From a bacterium (GTDB taxonomy: Bacteria > JADJOY01), in contig JAXLQJ010000006.1 of NCBI GenBank assembly GCA_046331705.1, positions 1-64,000 on the forward strand: a DNA stretch of 64,000 nucleotides, given 5' to 3'. The notes beneath the pieces are model-generated. The model saw only the letters and a list, made by a program, of their open reading frames with translations, was not told where the DNA came from and searched no databases. This document shows, in pieces, positions 31,102-38,792 of the stretch. Within the stretch, counting starts at the first letter, position 1, and every line of letters begins with the position of its first letter. A program made the position numbers and the translations under genes.

Positions 31102-32382
31102 ATGGGAACCCTCCGCGTCGTCGTCTGCCTCGCGCTGCTCACCGGATGCCGCGAGTCGGCTACGCCCCAGTCGGCTACGCCGGCGCCCTACGAGATCTCG
31201 CTGCGGCCGCCGGAGGGCGGGCTCTTCGCCGGGGAGGAGATGCCGATCGAGTTTCGGCTCACCGCACGTTCGCCAGACGCGGCCGCGGGCTCGACTGCGG
31301 TTCGCTACGCACGCGTCGAGTGCACTATCGACATGCCGAGCATGCCCGGGATGCCGGCTTTCACCGAGCTCGCGCACGCGGAGGGCGTGGCGGGGGAATA
31401 CGGCGTCCATCCCACGTTCGCCCACGGTGGGGATTACCGCTTGCGCATCCGCGTGCTGCCTCCTTCCGAGCAGCCATCCACGATGACACCGCGTCCGACC
31501 GCCGGCTACGAGGCCGAGATCGCGCTCGCTGTCGCGGACGCGCCGCCGCCCGGCCGCCCCCGGGGTTCCGCGGCAGCGGCCCGCTACAAGGTCAGCGTCG
31601 AGCCGGCGACGACGCCACCGCGCGCAGGCGAGCCGAACGAGCTACGGGTGGTCTTCTGGAAGAACGTGCAGCGTCAGGAAACGCAGCCGGATGGCGGCGT
31701 CCGTGTGGTGGGAGGCGGTGAGCCCATCACCGAGTTCGATCCGAGCCACGAGCGGCTCTTGCACCTGTTCGTGATGCGCGACGATCTCGGCACCTTCGCC
31801 CACGAGCACCCGCGACTGGGCGACGGCGGCACCTTCACGCTGCCGTTCACGTTCCCCACCGGCGGCGCCTACGTCGTGTTCGCGGACGCGGCTCCCCGCG
31901 GCGCAGGCTCGCAGGTCGTGGCGACCCGCCTCTGGGTCGAGGGAGCGACCGCGCCGCGCTTCGACCTCGCGGCGGCGTACCGCGGCGATCGGGGCCTCAG
32001 CCAGACTCGCGGGGACGTCACGCTGGATTGGACGTTGCCCGGGGACCCGCTGCCCGCGGGCAAGACCGTGCGGCTGCGCGCGCGAGTCACGGATCGCGGT
32101 GGCCGGCCGATCGAAGACCTCGAACCGTATCTGGGTGCTTACGGCCATCTGATGATGGTGAGTGAAGGCGGCGGTGCCTTCGTCCACGCCCATCCCGACG
32201 AGACGCGGGGCGGTCCCGTGGACGGGGTCGTGGAGTTCCTCGCGCGGATGCCGGAACCGGGCCTCTATCGCGGGTGGGCGCAGATTCAGCGCGCCGGTGA
32301 GGTGCTGACCTTCGATTTCGTCGTGCGCGCTGGCGGCGACAGGCCAGGAACGACCCAGAACGCGACCCCGGTGGTGCGATGA
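31102..32382 (+). CDS. Lipoprotein with a YtkA-like domain and duplicated His-rich putative metal-binding Ig-like domains
   Basis: Lipobox LLTGC; DMPSMPGMP..GEYGV..F.HGGDY; HERLLHLFVMRDDL..FAHEHP and YLGAYGHLMMV..FVHAHP. Confidence 0.75.
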   Translation: MGTLRVVVCLALLTGCRESATPQSATPAPYEISLRPPEGGLFAGEEMPIEFRLTARSPDAAAGSTAVRYARVECTIDMPSMPGMPAFTELAHAEGVAGEYGVHPTFAHGGDYRLRIRVLPPSEQPSTMTPRPTAGYEAEIALAVADAPPPGRPRGSAAAARYKVSVEPATTPPRAGEPNELRVVFWKNVQRQETQPDGGVRVVGGGEPITEFDPSHERLLHLFVMRDDLGTFAHEHPRLGDGGTFTLPFTFPTGGAYVVFADAAPRGAGSQVVATRLWVEGATAPRFDLAAAYRGDRGLSQTRGDVTLDWTLPGDPLPAGKTVRLRARVTDRGGRPIEDLEPYLGAYGHLMMVSEGGGAFVHAHPDETRGGPVDGVVEFLARMPEPGLYRGWAQIQRAGEVLTFDFVVRAGGDRPGTTQNATPVVR

Positions 32383-32768
32383 CAGTCGTTGCACGCCGTC
32401 GCGGCGGCTTGGAACGTGCGCGCGGCCGCCGCTCCGTCGTGGGCCTCGACGGCATCGCGTAGCGCGGCGAGCGGGCCTTCGAGGAACGCGCGGCGCAGCG
32501 GCTCGAGGTCCATGCCGTAAAGCGGGCGTGGCGGGGTGGCGAGCGCCAGGTCGCGCTCGAAGAGCTCGGCGATCTGGCGCACCTGATACCGCGCCAGGTC
32601 GTCGTTCTTGGCCGTGAGGGCCGTTGCCAGGCTCGCGAATCGCGTACCGATCTCGGCCATCACCGCCGCGAAGCGTGGCGGAACGCCATGGGCGCGAGCA
32701 GGAACGGGTTGCAGAACGAGCACGGCCGCGCTGATCACCAGCGCGAATCGACGGCGATGCGGTTGCAT
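32286..32768 (-). CDS. Cytochrome c'-like (class II) monoheme protein
   Basis: Signal peptide ending ARA, helical body, C-terminal CNDCH. Confidence 0.7.
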   Translation of the reverse strand: MQPHRRRFALVISAAVLVLQPVPARAHGVPPRFAAVMAEIGTRFASLATALTAKNDDLARYQVRQIAELFERDLALATPPRPLYGMDLEPLRRAFLEGPLAALRDAVEAHDGAAAARTFQAAATACNDCHRTTGVAFWVVPGLSPPARTTKSKVSTSPAR

Positions 32769-32841
32769 GATCCGAGCATACGCGGAGACGTGTGGCGGAT
32801 GCGCGATGCGACCCGACGCGGCCTGTTATCCTTCGCGCCCC

Positions 32842-33816
32842 GTGAAATTCGACGACGCTTTCCCCACCATTCGGCGATCGATCCAGGCGCTCGAGCGCGA
32901 GCTCGAGGGCGTGGTGAAGAACGACGTGCGGCTGATCCCGGAGGTCGGCCGCTACCTCCTGGGCGGCGGTGGCAAGCGCATTCGCCCCGCGTTGGTGTTC
33001 CTGACCGCGCGCGCCGTGGGCTTGCGCGGCCCGCAGGTGGTGACCCTCGGCGTCGTGGTGGAGATGATCCACACCGCCACGCTGCTCCACGACGACGTGG
33101 TGGACGAGGGAACGGTGCGCCGCGGACGGCCTTCGGCGAATCGGGTGTTCGGGAACGCCGCCAGCGTGCTGGTGGGCGACTACCTCTACAGCCTCTCGTC
33201 GGTGTTGCTGGCGCGCATGGGCGATCCACAGCTGGTGCGCATGATCGCCGAGGCCACCAACGCCATGGCGGAGGGCGAGGTCCACCAGCTCGCCGAGGCC
33301 TACAGCCCGACCGAGACCGAGGACGAGTACCTCGAGATCATCCGCAAGAAGACCGCGGCGCTCTTCGGCGCCTGCTCCTGGGCGCCGGCGGCGGCGGCGA
33401 AGGCGTCCGAGGAAGTCCAGCTCGCGCTGCACGCGTTCGGGCTCGACCTCGGTATGGCGTTTCAGCTCGCCGACGACGTCCTCGACTACGTCGCCGACGA
33501 TGCCCGCTTCGCCGCCAAGCGCGGCGCCGATTTCCGCGACGGGAAATACACCTTGCCCGCGATCGCCGCGCTCAAGCTGGCGTCCGCGACGGATTCGGAC
33601 CGCATCCGCGGCTTGCTCGCTGGAGAGCGTCGCGGCGCCCGCGAGCTCACCGCCATGGTGAAGCTGATCGAACGCTACGACGGCTTCCGCTACACCCAGG
33701 CGCGGGCGCAGGAATGCGTCGATTCGGCGCTCGGTCGGCTCGCGGCGCTGCCGCGTGGCGAGGGACGGCGCGCGCTGGAGCGGCTCGCTCGCTTCGCGCG
33801 CAGCCGCTCCTTCTGA
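32842..33816 (+). CDS. ispB: Polyprenyl (octaprenyl-type) diphosphate synthase
   Basis: GGKRIRP, EMIHTATLLHDDVVD..RRG, GEVHQL, KTAALF, FQLADDVLD; GTG start inferred. Confidence 0.9.
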   Translation: MKFDDAFPTIRRSIQALERELEGVVKNDVRLIPEVGRYLLGGGGKRIRPALVFLTARAVGLRGPQVVTLGVVVEMIHTATLLHDDVVDEGTVRRGRPSANRVFGNAASVLVGDYLYSLSSVLLARMGDPQLVRMIAEATNAMAEGEVHQLAEAYSPTETEDEYLEIIRKKTAALFGACSWAPAAAAKASEEVQLALHAFGLDLGMAFQLADDVLDYVADDARFAAKRGADFRDGKYTLPAIAALKLASATDSDRIRGLLAGERRGARELTAMVKLIERYDGFRYTQARAQECVDSALGRLAALPRGEGRRALERLARFARSRSF

Positions 33817-34009
33817 TCCTGCGGCGCCCCGCAACTCCGGTCGTGCGCGGGTGCGTCCGCGGCGGCGCGGTGGGTGCGCCGTGGCGGGCGCGGTGCGGGG
33901 CCGAGCCGGCGTCGCGGCGGCCCCGCTTCGCAGCCTTCGTCGCCTGGAAACCCGCGAGATCGCGGGCGGAAACGCGTCTCGGGCGATCCGCCTGCGGCGC
34001 CCCACGCGC

Positions 34010-34026
34010 TCGGCACGCCGGTTGCC
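34010..34026 (+). promoter_or_regulatory. Candidate sigma54 promoter upstream of comEA
   Basis: TCGGCACG-CCGG-TTGCC has correct GG/GC spacing, ~125 bp before the ATG. Confidence 0.5.
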
Positions 34027-34149
34027 CTTGGGCGAGGTGCATCGCTCTCGAGGAATCGGTCGCCCGCTGGCGTCGAGGTGCCCGCTGGCGAATCCGATCC
34101 CGAACCCGAGGCTCCGCATGCGCGGCACGCCTCGCAACGAGGTCTCCCC

Positions 34150-34473
34150 ATGAATCGTTTCCTGGCTCGCTCCGTCGCCTCTCTCGCTACCACGGCCGTG
34201 TTGCTCACGGCGCTTCCCAGCTTCGCCGCGTCGACCCCGTCGCAGCCCGCCCCGACCGCCAAGGCGGCGCTGGTCGATCTCAACCACGCCAGCGTCGCCG
34301 ATCTCGAGGCGTTGCCCGGCATCGGACCGTCGCGCGCGGAGGCGATCGTGAAGTACCGCACCGAGAAGGGCGGCTTCTCCACGGCGGCGGAGATCGCCGA
34401 GATCAAGGGAATCTCCGACAACCTGGTCAAGCGCTTGGAGACGATGGTCACCGTGACTCCCGTGAAGAAGTGA
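34150..34473 (+). CDS. comEA: ComEA-family helix-hairpin-helix DNA-binding protein
   Basis: Signal peptide; VDLNHAS..LEALPGIGPSRAEAIVKYR..GGF..EIKGI. Confidence 0.88.
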   Translation: MNRFLARSVASLATTAVLLTALPSFAASTPSQPAPTAKAALVDLNHASVADLEALPGIGPSRAEAIVKYRTEKGGFSTAAEIAEIKGISDNLVKRLETMVTVTPVKK

Positions 34474-34607
34474 CGCACGCCCGCGGCACCCTCCGGGCGC
34501 CGGTCGCAGCCGGCCGGCGCCTCGGAGGTACCTCCGCGGGTGAACGGCTATGCTCGGCGACCCACGCGGCGCCGGCGATCGAGACGGCCCGGTGCTCGTT
34601 TCTCCGC

Positions 34608-35762
34608 ATGCTCGGAACACGTTCGCGCGTCTGTCTGATCGGGCCGACCTACCCGTTTCGCGGCGGGATCGCCCACCACACCACGCTCCTGGCGCGTGCG
34701 CTCGAGCGTCGTCACGACCTCGCGCTGCTCTCCTTCGCACGCCAGTACCCGCGCTGGGCGCTGCCGAGCGGCACCGACCTCGACCCGTCGAGCCAACCGC
34801 TCGCGTCGCCCGCCGAATACGTGCTGAGCCCGCTCGATCCGCGCAGCTGGGCGGCGGCCGCGCGGCGGATCCGCGCCTTCGAGCCCGATTGGGTGGTGCT
34901 GCCGTGGTGGATCCCGGTATGGGCGCCGGCGTGGGCGTATCTGGGGCGCGAGATGCGGCGCAGTCGCGTGCGCCCGCGCTTGCTCTGCATCTGCCACAAC
35001 ACCCGGCCGCACGATCGGACGCGTCTCGGCAAGTACGCCGACGGCCTCGCGTTGCGCTTCGCGCTGCGCGACGTGGACGGCTTTCTGGTCCACGCACACA
35101 GCGAGGCGGAGCGGCTGCGGCTCGCATTCCCGTCGGTCTTGGTCCAGCACGCGCCGATGCCGGCATTCGGCGAGCTGGCGGTGACCGAGCCGGCGCCGTT
35201 GCCGGTGGCGCTGCCGGACGATCGCCCGATCCTGCTCTTCTGCGGCTTCGTGCGCCGCTACAAGGGCCTGGACGTGCTGCTCGACGCCTTGCCGCGGGTG
35301 CTCGCCCAGTTGCGCGTGCACCTCGTGATCGTGGGCGAGTTCTGGCAGAGCGAGGCGAGCTATCGCCAGCGGATCGCGCGCCTCGGCGTGGCGGATGCGG
35401 TCACCATCGTGCCCGGCTACGTGCCCGACGAGGTGCTGGTCGCGTTTCTGCGCGCGGCAGCGGCGGTGGTGCTGCCGTATCGGCGCGCGACCCAGAGCGC
35501 CGTGGTCCCGCTCGCGTTCGGCGTGGGCCGTCCGGTGATCGTCACGCGGGTGGGTGGGTTGCCGGACGTGGTCGAGGACGGGACCAACGGGTTGCTGGTG
35601 GAGCCGCGCGATCCCGTGGCGCTGGCGGAAGCCATCGTGCGCTTCGTGCGCGAGGGGCTGGGGCCGCGCTTCGAGGCGAACATCCGCGCCGCGCGCGGCG
35701 CGCTCGCGTGGGGCGAGCTGGTCACGGCCCTCGAGCAGCTCGCCGCGACCGTCAGCCGCTGA
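34608..35762 (+). CDS. Glycosyltransferase family 4
   Basis: GPTYPFRGGIAHHT, LFCGFVRRYKGLD, LPYRRATQSAV, VGGLPDVV. Confidence 0.9.
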   Translation: MLGTRSRVCLIGPTYPFRGGIAHHTTLLARALERRHDLALLSFARQYPRWALPSGTDLDPSSQPLASPAEYVLSPLDPRSWAAAARRIRAFEPDWVVLPWWIPVWAPAWAYLGREMRRSRVRPRLLCICHNTRPHDRTRLGKYADGLALRFALRDVDGFLVHAHSEAERLRLAFPSVLVQHAPMPAFGELAVTEPAPLPVALPDDRPILLFCGFVRRYKGLDVLLDALPRVLAQLRVHLVIVGEFWQSEASYRQRIARLGVADAVTIVPGYVPDEVLVAFLRAAAAVVLPYRRATQSAVVPLAFGVGRPVIVTRVGGLPDVVEDGTNGLLVEPRDPVALAEAIVRFVREGLGPRFEANIRAARGALAWGELVTALEQLAATVSR

Positions 35763-37728
35763 GGGCTTCGAGCTCGGCGTCGAGATCGGCGATGTCCTGG
35801 TGCCGGCCGACGGGATCCTTGGCGAGCGCCCGAAGGATCGACGCTTCCAGCGCGGCGGGAAGCTCGGGCACCAGCTCGCGAGGCGGACGCGGCGCCTCGG
35901 ACACGTGGCGTTGCAGCAAGCTCACCAGCGAGCCGCCGCGAAACGGGGTGGTGCCGCAGAACATCTCGTACATCACCACACCCACGGAATAGACGTCGGT
36001 ACGCCGGTCGACGGGATTGCCGAGCGCCATCTCGGGCGAGATGTACTCGGGGGTCCCGATGAACATCTCGGTGAGGGTCGCGGTCACCGCGTCCTTGATC
36101 TTGGCGATGCCGAAGTCGATGAGCTTCACCTCGCCCTCGGCGTCGATGAGGATGTTCTGCGGCTTGATGTCGCGGTGGACCACGTCCAGGCGGTGCGCGG
36201 CCGCCAGCGCGCCGCACACCGCGCGCACGATCCGCGTGCCCTCGGCGACGGAGAAGCGCCCCACCTCGCGGAGCATGCGCTTCAGGTCGCGGCCTCCCAC
36301 GTATTCCATCGCCACGTACGGCAACGAGCCGCATTCCCCGAAGTCGTACGTGCGCACCACGTTGGGATGGACGATGCGGCGGGTGATCTTGATCTCCTGC
36401 TTGAAGCGGCCGACCACGTCGTCGCTGACGTCGGTCATCGGCTTCAGCACCTTGAGGGCCACGGTTTCGTCCAGGCTCTCGTCGCGCGCCAGGAACACGG
36501 CGCCGATACCGCCGGCGCCGAGCTTGCGCACGATGCGGTAGCGGCCGTCGAAGAGATAGTCGTCGACGAGGTCGGCGAACGAGAGCGCCCGCGGCGCGGG
36601 CGGCGGAGCGGCCGCTTCCTGGGGCATGGGCGCGCCGAGCGTCGTGCGTCCGCGGGCCGTGGTCCCGCGTACGGTGGCCTCCGGCGCGAGGCCGAGCCCC
36701 TGATCGATCGCCGCGTCGAGCGCGGACTGGAGATCGCGCATCTCCTCCAGGCGTCGGGTGGTCGCCGAGTAGTCGAAGCTCTCCTCGAGCAGCTTCTCGA
36801 ACGGGGCGGCGGCGACCGGTGGACCCGACTCCACCACGCCCAGCTCCGCCAGGACGCGCGTGACCTCGGGTGCCCAGCTCGCTTCGACGCCGAGGCGCGC
36901 CGCGAGCCGCTGGAACTCGCTCTCGAGCTCGCAGCGTCGATAGAGCTTCGCGAGGTCGAGGAATCCCGCCAGCGTCTCGACCGTGACCGGGTTGCGCTCG
37001 AACGCCTCGACGGTCTTCTCGTCGAGCGGCGTGAGGTAGCCGCGCTCCGCGAGGACCGTGAAATAGGTCTCCATCGCCTCGAGATAGTCCGGATCCGCGG
37101 GCGCGGCGTTGCGGATGAGGTGCAACGCCTCGCTGTAGTCGCCGCGCGTCCAGTGGGCGCGCGCTGCGCCGACGCGGTCGCCGGCGTGCACCAGGTTGGC
37201 GGCGGCGCGCTTCAGGTCGCCCGCCTTGCTCCACGCGTCCGCGGCGCGTGCCCACGCGTGCGCGGTCTCGAAGGAGCGCGCGGCGCGTCCGAAGAGGCCG
37301 GTCCGCATGAAGCACTCGGCGGCCTCCACCAGCTGGCCGGCGCGCTCGTACATCTCGCCCGCGGCGTTGAGCTCGCCGAGACGCTCGTAGCAGGCGCCCG
37401 CGGCGCCGTACTCCTCGCCAGCGACGTAGAGCTCGGCCGCGCGCTCGACGTCGCCGGCCCGCTCCATCATCTGCGCGGCGCGCGCGGGCCTGCCGAGCAG
37501 CACGTACGCCTGGGCGGCGAGCGCGGGCTCGTTGGCGCGCACGTAGTTGATCGCCGCCTTCTCGAGGTCGGCTGCCTTCTCGAAGCAGCGCGCCGCGGCG
37601 CCGTGGTCCTTGGCGGCCACGAACGATTCGGCGGCGAGATCGAAGCGTGCCGCCTTCAGGAATTGCTCGGCGGCGGCGGCGTGCTCACCCTGCTTGGCGA
37701 GCCGTCGACCTTCCTTCTCGTAGCTCAT
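35752..37728 (-). CDS. Ser/Thr protein kinase with N-terminal SNAP/TPR-like helical repeats
   Basis: Repeats of AA..F/Y..AG; kinase motifs LGAGGIG, VALK, HRDIKPQN, DFGIAK, GTPEYISPE. Confidence 0.92.
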   Translation of the reverse strand: MSYEKEGRRLAKQGEHAAAAEQFLKAARFDLAAESFVAAKDHGAAARCFEKAADLEKAAINYVRANEPALAAQAYVLLGRPARAAQMMERAGDVERAAELYVAGEEYGAAGACYERLGELNAAGEMYERAGQLVEAAECFMRTGLFGRAARSFETAHAWARAADAWSKAGDLKRAAANLVHAGDRVGAARAHWTRGDYSEALHLIRNAAPADPDYLEAMETYFTVLAERGYLTPLDEKTVEAFERNPVTVETLAGFLDLAKLYRRCELESEFQRLAARLGVEASWAPEVTRVLAELGVVESGPPVAAAPFEKLLEESFDYSATTRRLEEMRDLQSALDAAIDQGLGLAPEATVRGTTARGRTTLGAPMPQEAAAPPPAPRALSFADLVDDYLFDGRYRIVRKLGAGGIGAVFLARDESLDETVALKVLKPMTDVSDDVVGRFKQEIKITRRIVHPNVVRTYDFGECGSLPYVAMEYVGGRDLKRMLREVGRFSVAEGTRIVRAVCGALAAAHRLDVVHRDIKPQNILIDAEGEVKLIDFGIAKIKDAVTATLTEMFIGTPEYISPEMALGNPVDRRTDVYSVGVVMYEMFCGTTPFRGGSLVSLLQRHVSEAPRPPRELVPELPAALEASILRALAKDPVGRHQDIADLDAELEALSG

Positions 37729-38792
37729 GCGACCTTGAAGTACTTCGCGAGGGCTCCGGGGTCGCGCGCGTGCTTGCGCGCCTCGTCGGGCGAGACCCGG
37801 CCTTCGTCCACCAGCCGCACCAGCGCTTGGTCGAGCGTCTGCATGCCGGTCTTGTCGTAGCCGCCGAGCTGGATCAGCGTCTCGATCTGGTAGGTCTTGC
37901 TCTCGCGGATCAGGTTCCCGAGCGCCGGCGAGCCGAACAGGATCTCGACGGCGGCACAGCGCTTGGTCTCGTCGGCGGTCTTCAAGAGGTTCTGGCTCAC
38001 GACGCCGCGCAGGTTGAGCGACAGCATGCCGCGCACCTGTTCCTGCTGCACCGTCGGGAAGACGTCGATGATGCGGTCGACGGTCTGCGAGGCGCTCTGG
38101 GTGTGCAGCGTGCCGAAGACCAGCGTGCCGGTCTCGCTGCAGGTCAGCGCGAGCGAGATGGTCTCCATGTCGCGCAGCTCGCCGATCAGGATGACGTCGG
38201 GTGCCTCGCGCAAGCACGAGCGCAGGGCGCTCGCGAAGTCGGGCGTGTGGGCGCCGACCTCGCGCTGCGAGAACACCGATTTCTTCGCGGGATGGATGAA
38301 CTCGATCGGGTCCTCGATGGTGATGATGTGCTTGCGGCGCATCTCGTTGATCTCGTTCAAGATCGCCGCGAGCGTCGTGGACTTGCCGGATCCGGTGGCG
38401 CCGGTCACCAGCACCAGCCCCTTGTCGAAGGCCGCGAAGCGCTTGAGCGATTGCGGCAGCATCAGGTCGTCGATGCTCTTGATCTCCTCGGGGATCATCC
38501 GGAACGCGGCGCCGATGCCGCGATCGTCCATGAACACGTGGACGCGGTAGCGCGCGAGCCCCACCACCGCGTACGCGTAGTCGAGGTCGAGCTCGCGCTC
38601 GAACTCGGCGATCTGCTCGTCGTTCATGGTCTCGTAGAGCATGCGCGTGAGCTCACCGTGGGTGAGGTCGCGGAACTTGATGGGGATCAGGTCGCCGTTG
38701 AAGCGGATCACCGGCGGCGATCCCACGCTCAAGTGCAGGTCGCTGGCGCGCTGCTCTTTGACCAGCCGCAAGAAGCTATCGATCTTTGCCAT
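37725..38792 (-). CDS. pilT: PilT/PilU-family pilus retraction ATPase
   Basis: ASDLHL, GATGSGKSTT, TIEDPIE, LREAPDVILIGELRD, GTLHT, ALGNLIRE, GMQTLDQ. Confidence 0.92.
   Translation of the reverse strand: MAKIDSFLRLVKEQRASDLHLSVGSPPVIRFNGDLIPIKFRDLTHGELTRMLYETMNDEQIAEFERELDLDYAYAVVGLARYRVHVFMDDRGIGAAFRMIPEEIKSIDDLMLPQSLKRFAAFDKGLVLVTGATGSGKSTTLAAILNEINEMRRKHIITIEDPIEFIHPAKKSVFSQREVGAHTPDFASALRSCLREAPDVILIGELRDMETISLALTCSETGTLVFGTLHTQSASQTVDRIIDVFPTVQQEQVRGMLSLNLRGVVSQNLLKTADETKRCAAVEILFGSPALGNLIRESKTYQIETLIQLGGYDKTGMQTLDQALVRLVDEGRVSPDEARKHARDPGALAKYFKVA

Noticed and set aside
31642-35166. Very long Arg/Ala/Pro-rich ORFs in the track (1174 aa here; also 5732-8473, 39082-41898, 45889-48825 and others)
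   Set aside because: Shadow or alternate frames of well-supported genes, expected when stop codons are scarce in high-GC DNA; no domain motifs.
32688-35762. 1024-aa ORF ending in a glycosyltransferase
   Set aside because: Only 34608-35762 has GT4 motifs; the upstream part overlaps ispB and comEA in another frame.
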